64,000 bases of DNA from Mobula hypostoma (Eukaryota): NCBI RefSeq assembly GCF_963921235.1, contig NC_086097.1, positions 243,414,001-243,478,000 of the forward strand, written 5' to 3'. Every line of letters starts with the position of its first letter. The first letter of the stretch is position 1. Made by a program: the position numbers and the translations under genes. The notes beneath the pieces were generated by a model, which did not search any database, had not been told where the DNA came from, and worked only from the letters and a program-made list of their open reading frames with translations. Shown here piece after piece: positions 25,461-38,794 of the stretch.

Positions 25461-27290
25461 GTATGATCAAAAGAAAAAGATTGGTTAAGACAAATGTAGG
25501 TCCCTTACAGTCAGAAACAGGTGAATTGATTATGGGGAGCAAGGACATGGCAGACCAATTGAATAACTACTTTGGTTCTGTCTTCACTAAGGAGGACATA
25601 AATAATCTTCTGGAAATAGTAGGGGACAGAGGGTCCAGTGAGATGGAGGAACTGAGGGAAATACATGTTAGTAGGGAAGTGGTGTTAGGTAAATTGAAGG
25701 GATTAAAAGCAGATAATTCCCCAGGGCCAGATGATCTGAACCCAGAGTGCTTAAGGAAGTAGCCCAAGAAATAATGGATGCATTAGTGATAATCTGGACT
25801 AGTTCCTGAGGATTGGAGGGTGGCTAATGTAACCCCACTTTTTAAAAAAGGAGGGAGAGAGAAACTGGGGAATTATAGACTGGTTAGCCTAACATCGGTG
25901 GTGGGGAAAATGCTAGAGTCAGTTATCAAAGATGTGATAACAGCACATTTGGAAAGCGGTGAAATCATCGGAAAAAGTCAGCATGGATTTGTGAAAGGAA
26001 AATCATGTCTGACGAATCTCATAGAATTTTTTGAGGACGTAACTAGTAGAGTGGATAGGGGAGAACCAGTGGATGTGGTATATTTGGATTTTCAAAAGGC
26101 TTTTGACAAGGTCCCACACAGGAGATTAGTGTGCAAACTTAAAGCACACGGTATTGGGGGTAAGGTATTGATGTGGATAGAGAATTGGTTGGCAGACAGG
26201 AAGCAAAGAGTGGGAATAAACGGGACCTTTTCAGAATGGCAGGCAGTGACTAGTGGGGTACCGCAAGGCTCAGTGCTGGGACCCCAGTTGTTTACAATAT
26301 ATATTAATGACTTAGATGAGGGAATTAAATGCAGCGTCTCCAAGCTTGCAGATGACACGAAGCTGGGCAGCAGTGTTAGCAGTGAGGAGGATGCTAAGAG
26401 GATGCAGGGTGACTTGGATAGGTTGGGTGAGTGGGCAAATTCATGGCAGATGCAATTTAATGTGGATAAATGTGCGGTTATCCACTTTGGTGGCAAAAAC
26501 AGGAAAACAGATTATTATTTGAGTGGTGGCCGATTTGTAAAAGGGGAGGTGCAACGAGACCTGGGTGTCATTATACACCAGTCATTGAAAGTGGGCATGC
26601 AGGTACAGCAAGGCGGTGAAAGAGGCGAATGGTACGCTGGCATTCATAGCAAGAGGATTCGAGTACAGGAGCAGGGAGGTACTACTGCAGTTGTACAAGG
26701 CCTTGGTGAGACCACACCTGGAGTATTGTGTGCAGTTTTGGTCCCCTAATCTGAGGAAAGACATCCTTGCCATAGAGGGAGTACAAAGAAGGTTCACCAG
26801 ATTGATTCCTGGGATGGCAAGACTTTCATATGATGAAAGACTGGATCGACTAGGCTTATATTCGTTGGAATTTAGAAGATTGAGGGGGGATCTTATTCCA
26901 GATCTTATGTTATTGAAACGTATAAAATCCTAAAGGGATTGGACAGGAAGATTGTTCCTGATGTTGGGGAAGTCCAGAACGAGGGGTCACAGTTTGAGGA
27001 TAAAGGGGAAGCCTTTTAGGACCGAGATTAGGAAAAACTTCTTCACACAGTGAGTGGTGAATCTGTGGAATTCTCTGCTACAGGAAATAGTTGAGGCCAG
27101 TTCATTGGCTATATTTAAGAGGGAGTTAGATATGGCCCTTGTGGCTAAAGGGATCGGGGGTATGGAGGGAAGGCTGGTACAGAGTTCTGAGTTGGTTGAT
27201 CAGCCATGATCATACTGAATGGCGGTGCAGGCTCGAAGGGCCGAAGGGCCTACTCCTGCACCTATTTTCTATCTTTCTATGTTTCTATGT
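25461..27290 (+). mobile_element. CR1 family A RT and 3' end, head-to-head with the previous copy
   Basis: ORFs 25820..26749 and 26616..26933; ttctatgt tail. Confidence 0.9.
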
Positions 27291-29395
27291 AATAAACCAT
27301 AAATAGCTAAATAGTAAAAAGTAAATTATGCCAGGAAATAAGTCCAGGAGCAGCCTATTGGCTCAGGGTGTCTGACCCTCTAAGGGAGGAGTTGTAAAGT
27401 TTGATGGCCCCAGGCAGGAATGACTTCCTATGACGCTCTGTGTTGCATCTTGGTGGAATGAGTCTCTGGATGAATGTACTCCTGTGTCCACCCAGTACAT
27501 TATGTAGTGGATGGGAGACATTGTCCAAGATGGCATGCAACTTGGACAGCATCCTCTTTTCAGACACCACCGTCAGAGAGTCCAGTTCCATCCCCACAAC
27601 ATCACCGGCCTTACGAATAAGTTTGTTGATTCTGTTGGTGTCTGTTACCCTCAGCCTGCTGCCCCAGAACACAACAGCAAACATGATAGCACTGGCCACC
27701 ACAGACTCGTAGACCATCCTCAGCATCGACCGGCAGATGTTAAAGGACATCAGTCTCCTCAGGAAATAGAGATGGCTCTGACCCTTCTTGTAGACAGCCT
27801 CAGTATTCTTTGACCAGTCCAGTTTATTGTCAATTCACATCCCCAGGTATTTGTAATCCTCCACCATGTCCACACTGACCCCCGGATGGAAACAGGGGTC
27901 ACCGGTACCTTAGCTCTCCTCAGGTCTACCACCAGCTCCTTAGTCTTTTCACATTAAGCTGCAGATAATTCTGCTCACACCATGTGACAAAGTTTCCTAC
28001 CGTAGCCCTGTACTCAGCCTCATCTCCCTTGCTGATGCATCCAACAATGGCAGAGTCAGCAGAAAACTTCTGAAGATGACAAGACTCTGTGCAGTAGTTT
28101 AAGTCCGAGGTGTAAATGGTGAAGAAAAAGGGAGACAAGACAGTCCCCTGTGGAGCCCCAGTGCTGCTGATCACTCTGTCGGACACACAGTGTTGCAAGC
28201 ACACGTACTGTGGTCTGCCAGTCAGGTAATCAAGAATCTATGACACCAGGGAAGCATCCACCTGCATCGCTGTCAGCTTCTGCCCCAGCAGAGCAGGGCG
28301 GATGGTGTTGAATGCACTGGAGAAGTCAAAAAACATGACCCTCACAGTGTTCACTGGCTTGTCCAGGTGGGCGTAGACACGGTTCAGCAGGTAGACGATG
28401 GCATCCTCAACTCCTAGTCGGGGCTGGTAGGTGAACTGGAGGGGTTCTAAGTGTGGCCTGAGCATAGGCCGGAGCAGCTCCAGAACAAGTCTCTCCAGGG
28501 TCTTCATGATGTGGGAGGTCAATGCCACTGGTCTGTAGTCACTGAGGCCGCTGGGGCGCGGCGTCTTCAGCACAGGGACAAGGCAGGACATCTTCCACAG
28601 CACAGAAACCCTCTGGAGCCCCAGGCTCAGGTTGAATACATGGTGAAGTACTCCACATAGCTGGGGGGCACAGGCTTTGAGCACCCTGGTACTAACACCA
28701 TCCGAGCCTGCAGTCTTGCTCGGGTTGAGACGTTTCAGCTGTCTTCTCACCTGTTCAGCTGTGAAGCCCACTGTGGTGGTTTCGTGTGGGAAAGGGGTAT
28801 AGTCATGAGAGTAGGGTGGGGGACTGTGAGGAGGGGTAGGAGGGGAGAGTGGAATATGTGTTGGTTGGGGGGCCGACAACAGATGGCTCATGTGGGGGAT
28901 GGGCAGGGGCCGCAATTTCAAATCTGTTAAAGAACAGATTAAGTTCATTGGCCCTGTCCACACTGCCTTCCGCTCCTCTGTTGCAAGTTTGCCGGAACCC
29001 AGTGATGGTCCTCATCCCCCTCCAGACCTCTCTCATGTTGTTCTGCTGGAGTTTCCACTCAAGCTTCCTCCTGTACCTATCTTTAGCCTCCTTGATCCTG
29101 GCTTTCACGTCCCTCTGTATTGCCCTCAGCTCCTCCCTATTTCCATCTCTAAACGCCCTCTTTTTAGCGTTCAGGATGTCCTTAATGTCCTTTGTTACCC
29201 ATGGCTTGTTATTTGAATAACAAAGGACAGTTCTTGTCAGAACATTGCAGTCCACACAGAAGTGATGCACTCTGTGAGCCCATCAGTATCCTCTCCATGT
29301 GGCTCACAGAGTGCCTACCAGTCTGTCACCTCAAAACAACCCTGGAGTACCTCATAAGCCTCCTCTGACTATTTTCTCACTGTTCTCGAGGTTGC
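27291..29395 (-). mobile_element. Rex1/Babar-type LINE with RT domain, terminal tail lost
   Basis: DYRPVALTSHIMKTLERL, FFDFSSAFNTI, GAPQGTVLSP; same family as 11173-11850. Confidence 0.9.
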
Positions 29396-29727
29396 AGGTT
29401 CACTCTTCACCAGAGGCACGTAGCAGGGCTTTAGATGCACCAGGTTGTGATTTGACCTTCCCAGTGGGGGGAGGGGAGAGGAGCTGTATGCAACCTTAAC
29501 GCTAGCGTACATCAAATCCAGAGTCCTCTCCCCTCATGTACTTATTTAAGATTCTGAAGGAACTCAGCAGGTCGGTCAGCATCAGTGGAGGGGAATAAAG
29601 AGGTGATGTTTCAGGCTGAGATACTTCTTCTTTAATCTTCATCTTAATGACGTTTCTGCTCTTTTACCATGACTTTGAAACTACCCACTTTTCCATCATC
29701 TTGTTCCAGTTTCTTTGAGACTTTATT

Positions 29728-31922
29728 AGAAACATAGAAAACATAGAAAACCTACAACCAATAGAGGCCCTTCAGCCTACAAAGCTGTGCCGAATGTGTC
29801 CTTACGTTAGATCTACCTAGGCTTACCCATAGCCCTCTATTTTTCTAAGCTCCATGTATCCATCCAGGAGTCTCTTAAAAGACCCTATTGTTTCTGCCTC
29901 CACCAGCAGCCCATTCCACACACTCACCACTCTCTGCGTAAAAAAACTTACCACTGACATCTCTGTATCTACTTCCAAGCACCTTAAAACTATGCCCTCT
30001 CATGCTAGCCATTTCAACCCTGGGAAAAGGCCTCTGACTATCCACACGATCAATGCCTCTCATTATCTTGTACACCTCTATCAGGTCACCTCTCATCCTC
30101 CGTCGCTCCAAGGAGAAAAGGTCGAGTTCACTCAAGGCATGGTCCCCAATCCAAGCAACATCGCTGTAAATATCCTCTGCACCCTTTCTATGGTTTCCAC
30201 ATCCTTCCTGTGGTGAGGCGACCAGAACTGAGCACAGTACTCCAAGTGGGGTCTGACCAGGGTCCTATATAGCTGCAACATCACCTCTCGGCTCTTAAGC
30301 TCAATCCCACAATTGATGAAGGCCAATGCACCATATGCCTTCTTAACCACAGAGTCAACCTGTGTAGCAGCTTTGAGTGTCCTATGGCCTCGGATCCCAA
30401 GATCCCTCTGATCCTCCACACTGCCAAAAGTCCTACCATTAATGCTATATTCTGGCATCATATTTGACCTACCAAAATGAACCACCTCACACTTATCAAG
30501 TTGAACTCCATCTGCCACTTCTCAGCCCAGTTTTGCATCCTATCAATGTCCCGTTGAAATCTCTGACAGCCCTCTGCACTATCCACAACATCCCCAACCT
30601 TTGTGTCATCAGCAAATTTATTAACCCATTCCTTCACTTCCTCATCCAGGTCATATATAAAAATCACAAAGAGTAGGGGTCCCAGAACAGATCCCTGAGG
30701 CACACCATTGGTCACCGGCCTCCATGCAGAATATGACCCATCTACAGCCAGTCTTTGCCTTCTGTGGGCAAGCCAGTTCTGGATCCACAAAGCAATGTCC
30801 TCCTTGGATTCCATGCCTCCTTACTTTCTCAATAAGCCTTGCATGAGGTACCTTATCAAATACTTTGCTAAAATTCATATACATCTATGGCTCTACCCTC
30901 ATCAATGTGTTTAGTCACATCCCTAAAAAGTTCCATCAGGCTCATTAGGTACAACCTGCCTTTGACAAAGCCATGCTGACTATTTCTAATCATATTAAGC
31001 CTCTCCCAATGTTCATCAATCCTGCTACTCAGGATCTTCTCCATCAACTTACCAACCACTGAAGTAAGACTCACTGGTCTATAATTTCCTGGGCTATCCT
31101 TACTCCCTTTCTTGAATAAGGGAATAACATCTGCAGCCTTCAAATCCTCCAGAACCTCTCCCATCCCCATTGATGATGCAAAATTCATTGCCAGAGGCTC
31201 AGCAATCTCCTCCCTTGCCTCCCACAGTAGCCTGGGGTACATCTCGTCCAGTCTCAGAGACTTATCCTACTTGATGTTTTCCAAAAGCTCCAGCACATCC
31301 TCTTTCTTAATGTCTACATGCTCAAGCTTTTCAGTCCACTGCAAGTCATCACTACAATCACCAATATCCTTTTCCATGGTGAATACCGAAGCAAAGTATT
31401 CATGAAGTTCCTCTACCATCTCCTCCAGTTCCATACACACTTTTCCACTGTCACACTTGATTGGTCCTATTCTCTCATGTCTTATCCTCTTGCTCTTCAC
31501 ATACTAGTAGAATTCCTTGGGGTTTTCCTTAATCCTCTCCACCAAGGCCTTCTGATGGCCCCTTCTGGCTCTCCTAATTTCATTCTTAAACCCCTTCCTG
31601 CTCGCCTTATAATCTTCTAGATCGCTATCATTACCTAGTTTTTTGAACCTTTCATAAGCTGTTCTTTTCTTCTTGACTAGATTTACAACAGCCTTTGTAA
31701 ACCATGGTTTCCGTACCCTACCATCATTTCCCTGTCTCATTGGAACTTCTCCATGTAGAACCCCACGCAAATATCCCCTAAACATTTGCCACATTTCTTC
31801 CATATGTTTCTCTGAGAACATCTGTTTCCAATTTATGCTTCCAAGTTCTTGTCTGATAGCCTCATATTTCCCCTTACTCTAATTAAATTCTTTCCTAACT
31901 TGTCTGTTCCTATCCCTCTCCA
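29728..31922 (-). mobile_element. CR1 family D ORF2 (RT) and 3' end
   Basis: Multiple consecutive RT ORF pieces between 29875 and 31821. Confidence 0.9.
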
Positions 31923-32555
31923 ATTACTATTGGACCATATTACAAATTTTCCTAATCTTCTTGTGATTCCCCAAGTTCCTCCTTCAAAATACTATATAAA
32001 TATGTACTTAGAATTGTATGTACAATTATCTGAGGATGAACCAAAGCTCAGAATTACTGACTAAGCTCACCTGCTCTTTGGAATCATTACTTGATGTTGA
32101 AGGAGGTTTTCATTTGATTTCAGCAGGATAACTCAATTTGAACATTAGCCTGGAAACATCTTGCCAAAAGAGAGTTTTTCTTTCTGTGTGGGTGGTGCTG
32201 CTTTCCCATACTTTATTGCATTTGAATTGTATTTTTTTTTAATGTACACAATCCCCTTCACAATGTTGCAGTCCTCTTCAAACAATTTACACAAAGCGTA
32301 GCCACGCGTAAACAAAGTATAAATCAAGTTATTTTCTAAGGACTTGCAAGCATGGAAAAATTAACAGTGATAATGTTTTGGGACGGCTTGGTAGTGTAGT
32401 GGTTAATGTAACGCGATTACAGCACCAGTGACCTAGTTCAACTTCTCCTCCATCTATGAGGAGTTTATACTGTAGGTTTTTGCAAATAAAACAACGTGAA
32501 GAACATTATGTTGAAGAAAATCAATAACAACTCATTTATGGTACTCCAGAACCTG

Positions 32556-32670
32556 TGTCGTCCGGTGGCATAGTGGCATCAGGACCAGTCTTCGAGGTTA
32601 ATGGTCCTGGGTTCGAATCCAGCCAGCTCCTTCCTTGTACATTTTCCATCCGTGCTGGGTCAAATGCTAT
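32556..32670 (+). mobile_element. tRNA-derived SINE head
   Basis: A-box-like ggtggcatagtgg and B box ggttcgaatcc; related minus copy at 62030-62102. Confidence 0.5.
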
Positions 32671-32939
32671 GGGAACAGCAAAGAAGAGTGTCACCTGATG
32701 TGCCACAAGGTGGAAAAAGAATAATAACAAAATGTGGTAATTAAACTTCACGTAATTACGTCAACATGTCCGACCAATCTCTGAAAGTGAATCCCAACTG
32801 GTTGAGAATTATGTACGTTTCCACTAATTACACTACCCTATAGTACGTTCTCCCCACAACTGTGTGTGTTTCCTTGTACAGGTTAGTAAATTATTTTGTC
32901 ACATCGATATCAAAGTAAATTTATTGTCAAAGTATATTT

Positions 32940-33197
32940 TTTATTAGTTAAGATACAGCACAGAATAGACCCCTTGAACTGTGCCGTCTAGCAGTTCCCT
33001 GATTTAATCCTAGCCTAACCGCAGGACAACTTACAGTGACCAATTAACCTTCCAATCAGTACGTCTTTCGTGGGAGGAATCTGGTGCACCCAGAAGAAAT
33101 CTATGTGGTTACAAGGTCCATACAGGCAGTGTTGGGAATTGAACCTGGATCACCAGTACTGTAAAGCGTTGTGCTAACTACTACACTACCGTGCGAC
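32940..33197 (-). mobile_element. V-SINE/HE1-like SINE
   Basis: Reverse complement gcacggtagtgtagtagttagcacaacgctttacagtac...ggttcaattccc; V-domain-like core; CR1-like tail. Confidence 0.7.
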
Positions 33198-33629
33198 CCC
33201 ACTTTATATCACCATATATAACCCTGAGATTCATTGGGTTGTGGAAGTTCGTGGTCCGGAAGAGCTTATTGCTGTGCTGTTATCTCTAAACAAAATTAAA
33301 TGCCACAACAGCAGCATGGATTCCTGCGGGACACCTCTGGTTATGGATCTTCAGCCAAAATAAAAATTCATCATCAGTTGCACTCGCTTCTACAGCTAAT
33401 AGAAAATTAAGCAATCTCTAGCAGAACACAACCAGCTGGAGGAACTCAACGGGTCAAGCCTTGTCTGTGGAGGCAAAGAGACGGGGTTTCAGGTTCAGAC
33501 CTGGCATCAGGACTGAGGGTGTTCAGAGGAAATAGCCAGATTCACATTCAGGTTTATTTGTCACATGTACATCAAAATATATAGTGGAATGTGCCTTTTG
33601 CATTGACAAGCAACAGACCTAAAGGTGTG

Positions 33630-34306
33630 GTTTAAGATGGCGCTGGTAATGCCCAGCGAGTATTATCAGCAGCAAAGTACAAAAATAAGGAAAACTACCA
33701 AACACCTTATTAATAGCACTGTATCAATAACAATCACCATGAACAACAGAGAGGCATGGCTAGGTGAGCGGAGGTGGAAGTAGAGACGGGAGGAGGCAAG
33801 CGAAACAGGAGGTAATAAAGTGCCGATATCTGATCGATTTATGCTGAATTGGAAAAGTAGGGTATGGCTAAATTATGGAGGTTGGGTCCAGGCCCCAGAG
33901 CTGTCTGAGGGTGAAGAACGACTTGATGCTTGGATAAGTTAAACACTGGGCCAGGGTGAAAAGGTCAGGGTGTTGGGATCAGAAGCAAGGAACAGCCTGG
34001 TTCTACCCGGTTCTGCTCACTGCTCCACGACGTTTACCCAGCTCTGCGCTGAACTGAGACTGTGGCCTGCAGCGATGCCTGGCTTCATGTCTTTCGTAAA
34101 ACTTGGCTTCTGAATGCTACTTGCTTACTTTTACTGTATACACAATTGTTTTTTACTTTCTGTGCATTGGGTGACTTAAGATGTTTTTTTTTAATGGGTT
34201 ACTTTGGAGTTTCTTTGTTTTGTGACTGCCCGTAAGGAGACAAATATCGAGGTTGTATACTGTATACATACTTCAGTAGTAAATGTACTTTGATCTTTGA
34301 CTTTGA
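33630..34306 (+). mobile_element. Unclassified non-coding retroposon
   Basis: Starts aagatggcgc and ends in an (actttg)n tail like the one at 17860-17878; no ORF. Confidence 0.4.
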
Positions 34307-35490
34307 ATAGTGAGAGGGAGGTGAGGTAAGGCCTGGTAGATGGTAGGCAGTGATTCACTTGCAGGCATTTAATGCAAGTAGCTAAATAGACATTTCTTCT
34401 CCAGATTTTTTGCACGTTCCAATACATGCAACACATTTCTGATTAATTTAACTGCCTCCTTCATCTCCAGATCTTTAGTTTCCCAACTCAGTAGCCATTG
34501 GACCCCTAAGTACAATAACTATTTATCTGAATAAACAATTTAGGATTTTAACATAGAAACATAGAAACCTACAGCATAATAAAGGCCCTTCGGCCCACAA
34601 TGCTGTGCCAAACATGTACTTACTTTAGAAATTACCTACAGTTACTCCTAGCCCTCTATTTTTCTAAGCTCCATGTATCTATCCAGGAGTCTCTTAAAAG
34701 ACGCTATTGTATCCACCTCCACCACCGTAGCCGGCAGCCCATTCCACGCACTCACCACTCTCTGTGTAAAAGACTCACTCCTGACATCTCCTTTGTACCT
34801 ACTTCCAAGCACCTTAAAACTGTGCCCTCTCATACTAGCCACTTCAGCCCTGGGAAAAAGCCTCTGACTATCCACATGATGATGCCTCTCATCATCTTAT
34901 ACACCTCTATCAGGTCACCTCTCATCCTCTGTTGTTCAAAGGAGAAAAGGCCAAGTTCACTCAACCTCTTCTCAGAAGGCATGCTCCCCAACCCAGGCAA
35001 CATCTTTGTAAATCTCCTCTGCACTCTTTTTATAGTTTCCACATCCTTCCTGTAGTGAGGTGACCAGAACTGAGCACAGTACTCCAAGTGGGGTCTGACC
35101 TGGGTCCTATATAGCTGTTACATTACCTCTCGGCTCTTGAAATCAATCCCATGGTTGATGAATGCCAATACACCATATTCCTTCTTAAGCACAAAGTCAA
35201 CCTGAACAGCAGCTTTGAGTGTCCTCTGGACTCGTACTCCAAGATCCCTCTGATCCTCCACACTGCCAAGAGTCTTACCATTAATACTATATTCTGCCAT
35301 CCTATTTGACCTACCAAAATGAACCACCTCACACTTACCTGGTTTGAACTCCATCGGCCACTTCTCAGCCCAGTTTTTTATCAAATCGATGTCCCGCTCT
35401 AACATCTGACAGCCCTCCACACTATCTACAACACCCCCAACCTTTGTGTCATCAGTAAATTTATTAACCCATCCCTCCACTTCCTCATCC

Positions 35491-36778
35491 TGTCACAGTG
35501 GCGGGGATCTTGGGAGCAAGGTTGGACCAAAATGCAAGACACATCTTGTGAGGTTACTTAGATTTAGTTTATTGTTCGATACCAGGAGAGCAAGGCAGTA
35601 GCAGGAATAGCGAACAGGATAAGGACTCAGGACTATGACTAGGCTGGGACCAAGGGTCTGGGCTTGAACTTGGAATCGGCTCCCAGAACTAGAGGAGACA
35701 TGAAGAGGAAAGCGTATGGACTCCGAGCCAGAGACTGGGCAAGGACCCAGTACCTGGGTCTTGCCTTGGGCTCGGACCCCAGAACCAGGCAAGGACATGA
35801 CATGGGCTAGGGAGAGGAGGAACATGGGAACACAGAGCCTTGGTCTCGGGGAGCAGGTACATGGAACCATGGACACATACACAGAACACAGAGTCGGGAC
35901 CCCTCCTTGGGTACAGGACATAGGGCCGTGACTCACGCACAGAACAGAGAGCCGGAACCCCTCCTTGGGTACAGGACATAGGGCTGGGACTCGCACACAG
36001 AACAGAGAACCGGGACCCCTCCTTGGGTACAGGACATAGGGCCGGGACTCATGACCCTCTGCGGGGCAGTGGCAAGACGGCCTGACTTACCCCACAGAGG
36101 CGAGGACAAGACAAGACAAGACTAACACGAATGAACACCAGACAGTACCTATCTAGCTCCGGTGATGGAACTAGACCGAAGTGCAGGTGGGGGCTGCAGA
36201 TGAGGGCTAGAGGCAAGAGGGGCAGAGAAGGGATTCAGAGAAGGGGGTAGGACAGAAATCACAGACTGCCAGGGCCAGGACTTGACTTGGTGCTTGAATG
36301 CCGCCAGGACCAGGACTTCACTTATAGTGCTTGAATGCTGCCGGAGCCAGGACTTGACTTGGAGCCTCCGGGTAATGGCAAGCTCTCGACTCGGCCTGGG
36401 AACAGTAGACAGCAGCTCTTGATTCCCTCCAGCGGGTTAACTGACGGACCCACCTCGGTGAGGAAATTTTGCTGGCTCGCTTTGGTGAGGTAACTGGATA
36501 GGGTTGCTCCGGTGAGGAGAGGCGAATTACCGGCACTCGCTTCGGCAGAGACTAGGCTTGCTCCAGCCAGATGACATCAGCACACCGTACCTTGGACGAC
36601 TTTGCAGACGCTCCCGCCCCGAATGGCTGAAAGCCGGAGACTATAAACTACCGGTTCAGCCGAGTGTTAATTGGCTCTAATCACCAAAGTTGAGGAACAT
36701 GGGAAAACAGGGAATCAATGGTCCGGATCGTAACATAAACAAGGTAAATTTAAAGGGAGCCCGATCCAGACCGTGACA
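35491..36778 (-). mobile_element. Solo LTR (1288 bp) with 5-bp target-site duplication
   Basis: tgtcac...gtgaca termini; TSD catcc at 35486-35490 and 36779-36783; minus-strand AATAAA at about 35570; internal ~59 bp tandem repeat x3 at 35876-36050. Confidence 0.88.
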
Positions 36779-38148
36779 CATCCAGGTCATTTATAGAGAT
36801 CTTGAAGAGAAGGATTCCAGAACGGATCCCTGAGGCACACCACTGGCCACCGACCTCCATGCAGAATATGACCCGTCTACAACCACTCTTTGCCTTCTGT
36901 GGGCAAGCCACTTATGGATCCACAAAGTAATTTCCCCTTGGATCTCATGCCTTCTTACTTTCTCAATAAACCTTGCATGGGGTAACTTATCAAATGCCTT
37001 GCTGAGATCCATATACACTACATCTACTGCTCTATTTTCATCAATGTGTTCAGTCACATCCTCAAAAAATTCAATCAGGTTCGTAAGGCACGACCTGCAT
37101 TTGACAAAGTCATGCTGACTATTCCTAATCATATTATGCCTCTCCAAATGTTCATAAAGCCTGCCTCTCAAGATGTTTTCCATCAACTTACCAACCACTG
37201 AAGTAAGACTCACTGGTCTATAATTTCCTGGACTATCTCTACTCCCTTTCTTGAATAAGGGAATAACATCTGCAACCCTCCAATCCTCCGGAACCTCACC
37301 TGTCCCCATTGGTGATACAAAGATCACTGCCAGAGGCTCAGCAACCTCCTCCCGTGCCTCCCTCAGTAGCCTAGGTATATCTTCTCCAGTCCCAGTGACT
37401 TAACCTACTTGATGCTTTCCAAAAGCTCCAGCACTTCCTCTTTCTTAAAGTCCATATGCTCAAGCTTTTCAATCAGTAATAAATCATCCCTATAATCACC
37501 AAGATCCTTTTCTGCAGTGAATACTGAAGCAAAGTATTCATTAAGTACCTCCACTTCCTCCTCCAGCTCCATACACACTTTTCCACTGTCACACTTGATT
37601 GGTCCTATTCTGTCACATTTTACCCTCTTGCTCTTCACATACTTGTAGAATGCCTTGGGGTTTTCCTTAATCCTGCTCACCAAGGCCTTCTCATGGCCCC
37701 TTCTGGCTCTCCTAATTTCCTTCTTGAGCTCCTTTCTGCTAGCTTTATAATTTCCTAAATCTCTATCATTACCTAGTTTTTTGAACTTTTCATAAGCTTT
37801 TCTTTTCTTCTTGACCAGATTTTCAACAGCCTTTGTACACTATGGTTCCTGTACCCAACCATCCTTTCCCTGTCTCATTGGAACGTACCCATGCAGAATG
37901 CCACACAAATATCCCCTGAACATTTGTCACATTTCTGCCGTACATTTTCCTGAGAACATCTGCTCCCAATTCCAAGTTCCTGCCTGATAGCTTCATATTT
38001 CCCCTTACTCCAATGAAACACTTTCCTAACTAGTCTGTTCCTATCCCTCTCCAATGATATGGTAAAGGAGATAGAATTGTGATCACTTTCTCCAAAATGT
38101 TCTCCTACTGAAAGACCTGACACCTGACCAGGTTCATTTCCCGATACC

Positions 38149-38628
38149 AGATCAGAATCAGAATCAGGTTTATTATCACTGGCATGTGACGTGAAATTTA
38201 TTAACTTAGCAGCAGCAGTTCAATGCAATGCATAATCTAGCAGAGAGAGAAAAAAAATAATTATAATAATAAATAAAAGAAAACATAATAATAAATAAAC
38301 AAGTAAATCAATTATGTATATTGAATAGATTTTTTTTAATGTGCAAAAATAGTAATACTGTATTTTTAAAAAAGTGAGGTGGTGCCCAAAGCTTCAATGT
38401 TCATTTAGGAATCGGATGGCAGAGGGGAAGAAACTGTCCCTGAATCGCTGAGTGTGTGCCTTCAGGCTTCTGTACCTCCTACCTGATGGTAACAGTGAGA
38501 AAAGGGCATGCCCTGGGTGCTGGAAGTCTTTAATAATGAACGCTGCCTTTCTGAGACACTTCTTCCTAAAGATGTCCTGGGAATTTTGTAGGCTGGTGCC
38601 CAAGATGGAGCTGACTAGATTTACAATG
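38149..38628 (-). mobile_element. Rex1/Babar-type 3' fragment nested in CR1
   Basis: ORF 38394..38603 HPGHALFSLLPSGRRYRSL; (ctgatt)n tail. Confidence 0.82.
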
Positions 38629-38794
38629 AACTAGATCTACTGGCTAGATCAAGTACAGCCTCTCCTCTTGTAGGCATATCTACATATTGTGATTTTAGAT
38701 GAAATAAAAACTGAGCTGTCCATTTACTCTATTAATACTTACCATTGTTAACTTACCAAGTGAATTTTAAATAAAATTCTATATTTAAAATTCT

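Larger units (their letters stand above)
34552..38690 (-). mobile_element. CR1 family D copy (endonuclease C-terminus to 3' end), interrupted by a solo LTR and a Rex1 fragment
   Basis: RT ORF pieces at 34648-35480 and 36791-38123; sequence continues across 35491-36778 and 38149-38640. Confidence 0.9.

Noticed and set aside
32556..32630. tRNA gene
   Set aside because: A and B boxes are present but I could not build a convincing cloverleaf; it continues into SINE-like sequence and has a diverged copy near 62030-62102.
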